NCBI GenBank assembly: GCA_965228895.1
Contig: OZ245842.1
Location: forward strand, 3,424,001-3,488,000
Reading direction: 5' to 3'
DNA from: Alphaproteobacteria bacterium
GTDB lineage: Bacteria > Pseudomonadota > Alphaproteobacteria > SP197
Length of the DNA stretch: 64,000 bases
Shown: one piece after another, positions 55,623 to 64,000 of the stretch
Layout: the number at the start of each line of letters is the position of its first letter
Position numbering within the stretch: the first letter of the stretch is position 1
Made by a program: the position numbers and the translations under genes
The notes under the pieces: model-generated
The model's input: only the letters and a program-made list of their open reading frames with translations
Told to the model about the DNA's origin: nothing
Databases searched by the model: none

Positions 55623-56549
55623 CTAGCGGCGGACAACCAGCAGACCGGCGCCGACAATCAAAACCACGCCGACGACCGTCTGCAGATCCGGCACCTCGGA
55701 AAACAGGACAAAGCCGAACGCGGTCATGAAGATCAGGTAGTTGTAATCAAACGTGGCGATGATGAAGGGCGGCGCAGACTGATAGGCAGCGGAGACGACG
55801 AGGCTGTTGCCGACCATCAACGCCGCCACGATGGCAACAAAAACCCATTCCAGCGGACCCAAGACCTGCCAGGGTCCCAAAAGAAACGGCAGAGCGTCGA
55901 CATGCGCCAGACCTGGCGGCCACATGACCAAGACAGCACTGACGACCGCACCCATCCCAACCAGGGCGACGTTGACCGATACGGCGAGCGTAGCCGGCGG
56001 CGTCGCGCGGCACTTGGTTCGCGTCACCAACGCTTGCAGCGCATAAAACAGCCCGCCAAGAACCGGCAACAAGGTGAACCAGGTGAACGCTTCCGTGCCC
56101 GGCTTCAGAATCAGCAGGACGCCGGCAAAGCCGATCGCGATGGCGACCCAGCCACGCCGGCGAACCGGTTCGCCGATAAGCAGCGCCGACAACGCTGCAA
56201 CGAACAGCGGTGACGTGTAGAGACCGGCCGCCAAGGTCGCCAGCGGAATGAACGGCAAGGCCGCATAGGTGACGATAAACATCAAGACGAACAGGAACGA
56301 ACGCACAAGCGGCCAAATCGTCAGCGCCCTCGACCAGGTTTTCCCGCCCTCGCCCCAGACAAACGCAATCGCCAGCAAGACGGGGATCGCCAACACCGAG
56401 CGCAGCACGAAGTACTGCCAGATCGATCCGTTTTCGCTGGCGTATTTGAAGACGACGTCCGTCGACGACGTAAAGAGCGTCGACAACAGGACCAAGACGA
56501 TGCCAAGCGCAACGCGGTCGTGACGGACACTGTGCTTAACGGTAGCCAT
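55623..56549 (-). CDS. DMT/EamA family transporter
   Basis: About 10 TM segments; SPLFVAALSALLIGEPV, GFAGVLLILKPG, FVLFSEVPD. Confidence 0.92.
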   Translation of the reverse strand: MATVKHSVRHDRVALGIVLVLLSTLFTSSTDVVFKYASENGSIWQYFVLRSVLAIPVLLAIAFVWGEGGKTWSRALTIWPLVRSFLFVLMFIVTYAALPFIPLATLAAGLYTSPLFVAALSALLIGEPVRRRGWVAIAIGFAGVLLILKPGTEAFTWFTLLPVLGGLFYALQALVTRTKCRATPPATLAVSVNVALVGMGAVVSAVLVMWPPGLAHVDALPFLLGPWQVLGPLEWVFVAIVAALMVGNSLVVSAAYQSAPPFIIATFDYNYLIFMTAFGFVLFSEVPDLQTVVGVVLIVGAGLLVVRR

Positions 56550-56645
56550 GAGAGGTCCTTGGATCGATGCGCCACCATCGTAGCGACGAACATATTATTC
56601 AATAAGACATTGCCTTAGCACCTAACTGCTGTACAAATTCGAACA

Positions 56646-57545
56646 ATGGCGCGCGCACCGATCAGCGGTATCGAAGTCTTTCTGGCCATTGTCCGGGAGG
56701 GGTCGTTGCGCGCAGCGGCCCGCGCGCTTGGCGTCGGCGCACCTGCCGTCAGCCATCAGCTCAAGGCGCTCGAGCGCAAGATCGGTGTTGACCTCTTGGT
56801 GCGCACCACCCGCTCGATCGAGTTGACGGAAGCCGGACGCACCTTGCTTGCCGGGACCGCGCCCGCCTTCAAGGAAATCAACGATGCGATCGAAGGCACC
56901 CGCGCCGTTGGCAAAGCCGCGACCGGCACGCTGCGGCTGACCCTGCAACGAAGCGCCTATAAGATTGCCGTTGCTCCGGTGCTTGCCGAATTTCAGGCGC
57001 GCTACCCGGATGTCTGTCTTGACCTCTCGATCAACGAAGGTCTTGTCGACATCGTCAAAGAAGGGTTTCACGCGGGCTTCCGTATGGGCGACCGGTTGAC
57101 CACGGACATGGTCGCCGTTCGTTTGACCGAACCTCTTAAGCCTTGCTGGTACGCCGCCCCCGCCTATCTCGACGTTTTCGGACGGCCCCAGCATCCGCGC
57201 GATCTCTTGAATCACAAGTGCATCCGCTACAAATCCGTCACGGCAAAACGCATCTGGGACTGGCAGTTCGTCGAAGACGGCCAACCAAAAACCGTCGACC
57301 CGCCGACAAGGCTGGTCGTCGACAGCATGCCGTTCGTCACCCAGGCCGCACTTGACGGGCATGGCATCGGCTGGTCGCTGAAGGCGGTGATCCAGGAGGA
57401 ACTTGACGCAGGCTTGCTGGAAACGGTGCTCGATCCCTTTGTCACCGATATGCCGGCGCTATACCTCTATTATCCCGAGCAGAACAGGCGCCTTGAGATG
57501 CTGCGCCTGTTCATCGACGTCTTGGTTGCACGTCGGGACGGCTAG
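56646..57545 (+). CDS. LysR family transcriptional regulator (CrgA-like)
   Basis: GSLRAAARALGVGAPAVSHQLKALE...LLVRTTRSIELTEAG; VDIVKEGFHAGFR; divergent from the DMT gene. Confidence 0.95.
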   Translation: MARAPISGIEVFLAIVREGSLRAAARALGVGAPAVSHQLKALERKIGVDLLVRTTRSIELTEAGRTLLAGTAPAFKEINDAIEGTRAVGKAATGTLRLTLQRSAYKIAVAPVLAEFQARYPDVCLDLSINEGLVDIVKEGFHAGFRMGDRLTTDMVAVRLTEPLKPCWYAAPAYLDVFGRPQHPRDLLNHKCIRYKSVTAKRIWDWQFVEDGQPKTVDPPTRLVVDSMPFVTQAALDGHGIGWSLKAVIQEELDAGLLETVLDPFVTDMPALYLYYPEQNRRLEMLRLFIDVLVARRDG

Positions 57546-57561
57546 AGCTGCGTCACGCGCG

Positions 57562-57954
57562 CTATACGCCGCATTTATCCTTGATCAGTTTCAGTACCGC
57601 GCGTTGGACGTGGGAATCCTCCCCGTCGCCCAGCGTCCCGGCTTCGTAGCGCTCGCGCATGTCTTCCAGGACCTCGTTCAGGTCACCGTAGCCGCCCTCG
57701 TCGCTGCCATAGGAGCCTGAGAAGTAGCGGGCGACACAAATCGAGTTGCTGTCTTCACGCTTGGTGTTGTGGAAGTACTGGATCATCTCGTAGATCGCAC
57801 TCTCGACGAGCTGCGCCTGTTCGGCCTCCGACATCTTGGCAAAGTCACCATAGGTCGTCAGGAACAGGGCCGATGCCGGCGGCGGCGCGGCGATCCCGAT
57901 GACGGCTGCCGCAACGCCAGCACACGCCATCATTCTCAGTCTTCGAAGGGTCAT
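57562..57954 (-). CDS. Hypothetical exported protein (about 130 aa, two Cys in the mature part)
   Basis: MTLRRLRMMACAGVAAAVIGIAAPPPASA signal-peptide-like N-terminus; start uncertain. Confidence 0.6.
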   Translation of the reverse strand: MTLRRLRMMACAGVAAAVIGIAAPPPASALFLTTYGDFAKMSEAEQAQLVESAIYEMIQYFHNTKREDSNSICVARYFSGSYGSDEGGYGDLNEVLEDMRERYEAGTLGDGEDSHVQRAVLKLIKDKCGV

Positions 57955-58045
57955 GTCAGTCGTCACCGGCCTTTGACAAAAAGAGCAGTCTTGCAAGGCT
58001 GAGAATATGGGGCCGGCGGGACCGTACGCCAATGATACGAAGGGC

Positions 58046-59179
58046 TTAGTGCTCATCCTCATAATGGCGTTTCAGCAATTCCGCGCCAAAATCGCCGGAC
58101 CGGCTGCGCCACACCTGATGGATGTGGTTGCCGCCGCTCTGCACGTTGTCGAACTCGAAGACAAAGTCCGACCCCTGGATGCGGTAGTAGTTCGGCTCAC
58201 CGGGTTTGATGCTGCCAATCCAGGCAAAGCTCAGATCGTCGAGTTCGGTCTCATCCAGATAGGTGTCGGCGATTTGCGGCCGGTAGGCCGAGACCACCAC
58301 ATGAACCAGATTCTGAAGGATCTGGCGCTGTTGATCGTCCATGTCTTTGGCGCTGAGGCCTTCAGGCTCAAGCAGCGCCTGCTATGCATCCCACTGATCG
58401 GGCGCCTTCAGGATGTTGCTGGACATGATATCCCAAGGGATATCGTCGGGCAGGCCCAGACCAAACGGCTTGATCGACTCGTTGAAGGCGGGATCGAAGG
58501 CGACCATCGCCTTTTGTCGCTGCTCGTCGCTCAGCGCGTTGACCAGGGCCCAGCCGAGATCTTCTTCCTCGCGCAGCACGCGCAGGCCCGACAGCATGCC
58601 GTGACGAACCGTCGCGGGGTCGGCGCCCAGAATTGTCGGCGTGACGGCGACCTCGCCATCGACGACCGTCACGTTCAACGACAGGTGATGGCCCTCGACG
58701 CGCCAGGCCCATGGCGCATCCAAGCTGGGTTCGCCGAACAGAACGGTATGATAGTTCTCCATCCCGCGCGGAAAGCCTGTGTTCGCGACAGGGGCCAGCT
58801 GGTTCTCGAGCTGCATGATGTTGAGCACCTTGTAGTAGCCCTCGGCACTCAAGGCGGCCCACAGAAGCTCCTGAGTCAAGGCGCGCTGGTTGGCGTGCAT
58901 CAGTTCAAAGGCAAGGCCGTGACGGAACGTCGGCCAGTACGACCAGTCCTCCTTCAGCGCGCCGTCGAACGGTTTTGGCAGCTCCTCTTCCATCGAACAA
59001 CCGACCAGTGCTTCCGAAAACGTCGTATCGCCGCGCGTCGTTTCGAGAAGCTCCTGCGCGGTCGTCGTCATGGTCTCGGTCACGCTGGCGATGTCGTCGT
59101 CGTGCGCCCAAACGCTCGACGCAAACAGCAGCGCCGCCATCAAGGCAGCCAGCCGAATCATGATCATCCCCGTCCCCAT
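58046..59179 (-). pseudogene. DUF3500-like exported protein interrupted by one in-frame TAG (58382-58384)
   Basis: ORFs 58382..59179 and 58046..58342 are in the same frame; read-through gives ...PDQWDA*QALLEPEGLSAKDMDDQQ... Motifs WRVEGHHLSLN before and FAWIG, YYRIQG, NHIHQVWR...DFG after the stop belong to one family. Confidence 0.75.
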
Positions 59180-59237
59180 TCACGGCACACGCTCGCCGTC
59201 CACCCTATCACCCCGGTCGCACGCGACGGGTTAACGA

Positions 59238-60113
59238 TCAGGTGGTTGACGCTGTCTGCTCGCCCGCGAACAAAGGACGATGGGACCGGATCAGCGATGT
59301 CAGCCAATCGACCACACGCCGCACGGGCTTTGCATGCCGATCGTCGTCATGAACGACAAGCCATTGGTCGTGGCTGAGTTCCGGAATGATCTCGGAAACA
59401 CGCCCCAGCGCCGGTTCAGCGTCACCAATGAAACACGGCAGCACGCAGCGCCCGGCGCCGGCATTGGCCGCGGCAAGCAGACAATCGACGCTTGAGCACT
59501 GAATCTTGGCCGGGCCCTCCATGCGTTGTTCCAGCCAAAGCGCTGACGGCGGTGGCGGACCTGACGGCGCCAAGGTTATCCAGCCGGCGCCGTCATCGGC
59601 GACGAACGCATCCTGTGATACCGCCTGATAGGCAGCGAAGGCCACCCGTGCCAGACGTCGCGCCGCCAGACCTTCGGCTTCCGGACGCCGGTTGCGCAGG
59701 CCGATTTGCGCTTCACGCCGATGCAGATCCACTGCCCCGCCGGCGGCCATCAACATCATGGTTGGAGTGTCCTTCTGTGAGGAGAAGTCAGCAAGGTACC
59801 GGGCGATGAACAGGCTGGTCCACGGGCCCGCAGCGACTCTCACTGTTGGTGCGCCTTGAAACCCGGCACGCCATCGCTCGATCGCGTGGGCCCCCTGCTC
59901 GACCGTCGCAGTCAACTCCAGCAACGTCAGACCGTCGTCGGTCAGGTCGTATCCATCCCGGTGCCGCGTAAACAACCGGACTCCCAGGGTCTGCTCCAGC
60001 GCGGCCATGCGCCGCCCGAGTGTCGGCGCGCTGACGCCGGATGCCGACGTGGCGGCCGCCAGGCCACCGGACCGGGCAATCGCGACGAACAAGCGCAGAT
60101 CGTCCCAATTCAT
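59238..60113 (-). CDS. LysR family transcriptional regulator
   Basis: MNWDDLRLFVAIARSGGL...PTLGRRMAALE; DLHRREAQIGLR; LPCFIGD; start may be 60125. Confidence 0.93.
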   Translation of the reverse strand: MNWDDLRLFVAIARSGGLAAATSASGVSAPTLGRRMAALEQTLGVRLFTRHRDGYDLTDDGLTLLELTATVEQGAHAIERWRAGFQGAPTVRVAAGPWTSLFIARYLADFSSQKDTPTMMLMAAGGAVDLHRREAQIGLRNRRPEAEGLAARRLARVAFAAYQAVSQDAFVADDGAGWITLAPSGPPPPSALWLEQRMEGPAKIQCSSVDCLLAAANAGAGRCVLPCFIGDAEPALGRVSEIIPELSHDQWLVVHDDDRHAKPVRRVVDWLTSLIRSHRPLFAGEQTASTT

Positions 60114-60131
60114 CGTTTCACTCATGAAACG
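60114..60131. promoter_or_regulatory. Palindrome abutting the LysR start (putative autoregulatory site)
   Basis: CGTTTCA-CTCA-TGAAACG, perfect 7-bp dyad containing T-N11-A. Confidence 0.5.
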
Positions 60132-60209
60132 CGCCTTTCGATACAACTTGTTTAGATGCTGTCAAACTCTCTGCATTATCCGCCTGATGGGCAAGAGGAC
60201 GTTTCACCA

Positions 60210-61226
60210 ATGAACTCCGAAACCGAGCAATCAAGGCGCCTGTTTGGCGAAGGACCAACTCTCGGTGCCATGGGAATGGGCACCTGGGCGATCGGCGGCC
60301 CCTTTTTCAGTGGCGAAGGCTGCCATTACCCAACCGGTGCGCCGCTCGGATATGGCGATGTCGATGACACCCAGTCGACTCGTGCCATCCATGCCGCGAT
60401 TGATGCAGGGATCACGCTGTTCGACACGTCCGATGCCTATGGCACCGGTCACGGAGAACAGGTGCTTGGCGCTGCGCTTGCCGCCAAGCGTAGCGACGTG
60501 CTGATCGCGACAAAGTTCGGCAACACCTATGACGAGACGACAAAGGAACTAACCGGCACCGACGTCAGTCCGGCCTACATACGGCGCGCGTGCGAAGCGT
60601 CGTTGCGGCGTCTCGGCACCGATCAGATCGATCTCTACCAGCTTCATCTCGGCGACCTACCGCCCGATGACGCGGCCGGTGTCGCCAAGACGCTGGAAGC
60701 CTTGTGTCAGGACGGCCTGATTCGCGCCTATGGATGGAGCACTGACGACCCCGATCGCACGCGGGTCTTCGCCGGCAGACCGCATGCCGCTGCCGCTCAG
60801 TTCGACATGAATGTCTTCGAGGATGCGCAGGCCATGGTGGAGGCCTGCCGCGCGTGTGATTTCGTCGCCCTGACGCGTGTGCCACTCGCCATGGGTTTCT
60901 TAAGCGGCAAGTTCACCGCAGGCAGTACGCTGCCTGCCAACGACATCCGCAGCAAGCCGCCCACATGGCTGCGCTATTTCGACGAAGGCGGGCGCGCGTC
61001 TGCTGCCTGGATCACGAAGCTCGCCGCCATCAAGGAGATCCTGACCACCGGCGGCAGGACGCCGGCCCAAGGGGCGCTCGCCTGGATCTGGGGACGCGAT
61101 CAGCAGATCGTGCCGATCCCCGGCGCGCGCACCGAAGCGCAGGTAAGGGAGAACGCTGGCGCCATCGCATTCGGCCCTCTGACGCAAGCGCAAATGGCGG
61201 AGATCGACACCATCCTGGAGCGCTGA
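60210..61226 (+). CDS. Aldo/keto reductase
   Basis: GMGTWAIGG, FDTSDAYG, ATKFG, SLRRLGTDQIDLYQLH, PIPGART. Confidence 0.95.
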   Translation: MNSETEQSRRLFGEGPTLGAMGMGTWAIGGPFFSGEGCHYPTGAPLGYGDVDDTQSTRAIHAAIDAGITLFDTSDAYGTGHGEQVLGAALAAKRSDVLIATKFGNTYDETTKELTGTDVSPAYIRRACEASLRRLGTDQIDLYQLHLGDLPPDDAAGVAKTLEALCQDGLIRAYGWSTDDPDRTRVFAGRPHAAAAQFDMNVFEDAQAMVEACRACDFVALTRVPLAMGFLSGKFTAGSTLPANDIRSKPPTWLRYFDEGGRASAAWITKLAAIKEILTTGGRTPAQGALAWIWGRDQQIVPIPGARTEAQVRENAGAIAFGPLTQAQMAEIDTILER

Positions 61227-61328
61227 CCGGACACCAAAACGGACATTTGGCGTGAGCCCAAGGGCATACTACAACGGCACACCACCTTCCTTCCTGCCGT
61301 TCGGCCTTTCCCCAAGGGATGCCCGTCG

Positions 61329-62756
61329 ATGTCCGTTCAAGAACTCTGCTATCTCTCCGCGACCGAAGCGCTGAAACGGTTCCGGGACCGCAGCTTGTCG
61401 CCGGTCGAGCTGCTGCAGGCACTCATCGATCGCGCCGAGGCAACGGAACCGACAGTCAACGCGCTCTCCCACCGCCATTTCGAGGAGGCCCTGGCGAAAG
61501 CGCAGAAGGCCGAAGCCCGATACATGACGCGCAGCGGCGGCTTTCGCCACCTGGAGGGCCTGCCCCTTGCGGTCAAGGAAGACACGGCGATCAAGGGCAA
61601 GCCGCAGACCCTTGGCTCATTGATTTTCAAGGACCGGATCGCCGACCACACTGTGCCGTCGATCGAACGCCTGCTCGGCGCCGGCGCTATCGTTCATGCA
61701 CAAACGACCTGCCCTGAGTTCGTCTGGCCGTGGACCTGTACATCCAGGCTGCACGGCACAACACGCAACCCCTGGAATCCCGAGATCACGTCCGGCGCAT
61801 CGTCCGGCGGGTCGGCGGCCGCGCTGGCGGCGGGCACGACGACCATTGCGACAGGCACCGACAGCGCGGGTTCGATACGCATGCCGGCGTCGATGTGCGG
61901 TGTCGTCGGGTACAAACCACCCTACGGCCGCAACCCGCAGAGCTGGGACCTGAACCTCGACATGTTTATGCATCTGGGTCCGATGACGCGCACCGTCGCC
62001 GACGCGGCCTTGATGCAGAACGTCATGTCCGGCCACCACAAACTCGACCAAGCGAGTGTCAGGGGCCGCGTCACCCTGCCGATGGACCCGGGATCGATTG
62101 CTGGGGCAAAGATCGCCTATTCATTAACCCTGGGCGTCCACGAAGTCGCCGACGATGTCGCGGCGAACACCCTGGCGCTGGTCGACCGGCTGCGCGGTCT
62201 GGGAGCGGAGGTCGAGGAGGTCGCCACCGACTGGGCGCCGGAGGTCTTCGCCAAAGCGGGCAGTTGGGGCGGTCTGATCTACGCCGACGACTTCATGGAC
62301 GCCGTCGAGCGCTATCCGCATCTGGTGTGCGACTACACACGCGCCTTCGCCGAGATGAACGCCGGCGTCACCCCGCGCATGTTCCATGAATGTATGAAGG
62401 CGATCGGCCGCGCGTGGCTGGACTTCGGACCTCTACTGGATGCCTATGACGTCTTCATCTGTCCGACGGTTGCTTCAACAGCAATTCCCGCCGACGGCTC
62501 CGACCTCGAACCCTGCGTTTCGGTCAATGGCCAGCACTTCGAACCGCATGATGTCGTCATGACGTTCTACTTCGATGCGTTCGGACGCTGCCCAACCCTC
62601 GCCGTTCCGTCCGGCTTTGCCACTGACGGCGTGCCCACCGGCGTCCAGCTCGTCGCGCGCACCTATGGCGATGCCAGGGTCTTCCGCGTCGCGCACGCGC
62701 TGGAGCAACAGACGCCCCTTTACCACGACAAGGCGACACAACCGACGCTATCCTGA
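61329..62756 (+). CDS. Amidase signature family enzyme
   Basis: GLPLAVKE, TRNPWN, GASSGGS, GTDSAGSIRMPAS (Ser-cisSer-Lys triad), GVPTGVQLV. Confidence 0.95.
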   Translation: MSVQELCYLSATEALKRFRDRSLSPVELLQALIDRAEATEPTVNALSHRHFEEALAKAQKAEARYMTRSGGFRHLEGLPLAVKEDTAIKGKPQTLGSLIFKDRIADHTVPSIERLLGAGAIVHAQTTCPEFVWPWTCTSRLHGTTRNPWNPEITSGASSGGSAAALAAGTTTIATGTDSAGSIRMPASMCGVVGYKPPYGRNPQSWDLNLDMFMHLGPMTRTVADAALMQNVMSGHHKLDQASVRGRVTLPMDPGSIAGAKIAYSLTLGVHEVADDVAANTLALVDRLRGLGAEVEEVATDWAPEVFAKAGSWGGLIYADDFMDAVERYPHLVCDYTRAFAEMNAGVTPRMFHECMKAIGRAWLDFGPLLDAYDVFICPTVASTAIPADGSDLEPCVSVNGQHFEPHDVVMTFYFDAFGRCPTLAVPSGFATDGVPTGVQLVARTYGDARVFRVAHALEQQTPLYHDKATQPTLS

Positions 62757-62807
62757 TGGACGCTATGGCATTTCTCATTGTCACGCGCCTGAACTAGTCT
62801 GCGCGCC

Positions 62808-64000
62808 ATGGCCAAACACGAAGCTTACGATTACGTCATTGTTGGCGCGGGTTCGGCGGGCTGCACGCTCGCCAACCGCCTTTCCGAGGACTCGTCCGCG
62901 CGCGTCCTCTTGATCGAGGCAGGCGGCTGGGACCGCGATCCCCTGATTCATGTCCCGCTCGGCTGGGGCCAGATCCTGCAGAAACGCCTGCACGACTGGA
63001 TGTATTTCTCCGAGCCCGAAGACAATGTCGCCGGGCGCCGTGTCGAATGCGCGCGCGGCAAGGTGGTCGGCGGTTCGTCCTCGACCAACGCCATGGCCTA
63101 TGTGCGTGGCCATCCCGGCAATTACGACGGTTGGGCGGATTCGGGCCTCGACCAATGGTCCTATGGCCACGCGCTGCCCTACTTCAAAAAACAGGAAACC
63201 TGGGAAGGCGGCGAGAACACCTGGCGTGGCGGCAACGGACCGCTCGGCGTCCAAACCTGCAAATATCAGGACCCGCTGGTTGAGGCGTTTGCCGCCGCCG
63301 GCGCCGATGCCGGCTACGCCTGGACCGACGACTACAACGGCGCGCAACAGGAAGGGTTCGGCCGCCTGCAGATGACAATCAAGGACGGGCGCCGGTGCAG
63401 CGGCGCGACCGGTTATCTGCGACCCGCACTGAGGCGTCCGAACCTGACGGTCGAGGTCGAGACGTTGACCACGAAGGTGTTGTTCGACGGCCCGCGCGCG
63501 ACGGGTATCGAGGTCCGACGCAACGGCTCGCCCTATGTCATCCACGCCGAGCGCGAGGTGATCATCGCGGCCGGCGTCATCAACGCGCCGCAGCTTCTAA
63601 TGCTGTCGGGAATCGGCGACCCCGATCACCTGGCGCGCCACGGCATTGCCACGCGCGCCAACCTCAAAGGCGTCGGGCAGAACCTGCAGGACCACGTGTC
63701 GGTCATGATCATGTACCGGCGCAAGGAACCGCCCAGCCCGTTCATGCGCGCGATGCGGTACGACCGCGCCGCCCTCAACATGGCGCGCGCCTATCTGACC
63801 GGTACGGGCTACGCCGCCGATGTGCCGGGCGGCATCACCGCGTTCCTGAAGTCCGACGCAAGCGAGCCGGTGCCCGACATCCAGATGCTGTTCACCGCCG
63901 CGCCGCTACCGGCCTGGCCCTACCTCAAACCGTTCAAGCAGCCGTTCAACGACGGCTTCGTGTTTCGCGCCGTCTCGCTGCAGCCGGAAAGCCGGGGCAG
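62808..64000 (+). CDS. GMC family oxidoreductase (choline dehydrogenase-like), truncated by the window end
   Basis: Not in the ORF track because no stop falls in the window; ATG 62808 reads [28 protein letters not shown]...[15 protein letters not shown]...GVGQNLQDH. Confidence 0.92.
   Translation, partial: MAKHEAYDYVIVGAGSAGCTLANRLSEDSSARVLLIEAGGWDRDPLIHVPLGWGQILQKRLHDWMYFSEPEDNVAGRRVECARGKVVGGSSSTNAMAYVRGHPGNYDGWADSGLDQWSYGHALPYFKKQETWEGGENTWRGGNGPLGVQTCKYQDPLVEAFAAAGADAGYAWTDDYNGAQQEGFGRLQMTIKDGRRCSGATGYLRPALRRPNLTVEVETLTTKVLFDGPRATGIEVRRNGSPYVIHAEREVIIAAGVINAPQLLMLSGIGDPDHLARHGIATRANLKGVGQNLQDHVSVMIMYRRKEPPSPFMRAMRYDRAALNMARAYLTGTGYAADVPGGITAFLKSDASEPVPDIQMLFTAAPLPAWPYLKPFKQPFNDGFVFRAVSLQPESRG

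Overview
A 64-kb, GC-rich chromosomal window from an alphaproteobacterium. The assignment rests on a CpdR-like receiver, DUF1036, ExoD, an MttB-family gene and alphaproteobacterial-style REP palindromes. The window is densely coding, with about 60 CDS, one tRNA-Val(GAC) and one candidate sRNA. I found no integrase, transposase, phage gene, CRISPR array or rRNA. Most genes are accessory catabolic or stress functions: a class III aminotransferase, two GMC oxidoreductases, an imine-reductase-like enzyme, an MttB-family methyltransferase, a choline-sulfatase-like enzyme, a DoeA-like M24 hydrolase, a CocE/NonD hydrolase with a Dpp-type ABC transporter, an amidase, four LysR regulators, cspA with a fatty-acid desaturase, aqpZ, ppk2 and glutathione peroxidase. 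The most interesting observations are five. (1) A tight three-gene operon of sterol-desaturase-family enzyme, GH3 acyl-acid amido synthetase and atypical enolase-superfamily enzyme (9.2-13.0 kb) looks like an uncharacterised lipid or N-acyl-amino-acid biosynthetic system. (2) A CpdR homologue has lost several conserved phospho-receiver residues. (3) A DUF3500-like gene is interrupted by a single in-frame UAG followed by a hairpin. (4) A candidate sRNA at 18.5-18.7 kb has an anti-SD loop and a perfect terminator. (5) About 14 kb of accessory genes lie between cpdR and tRNA-Val. All family assignments come from motif recognition by eye, not from database searches.
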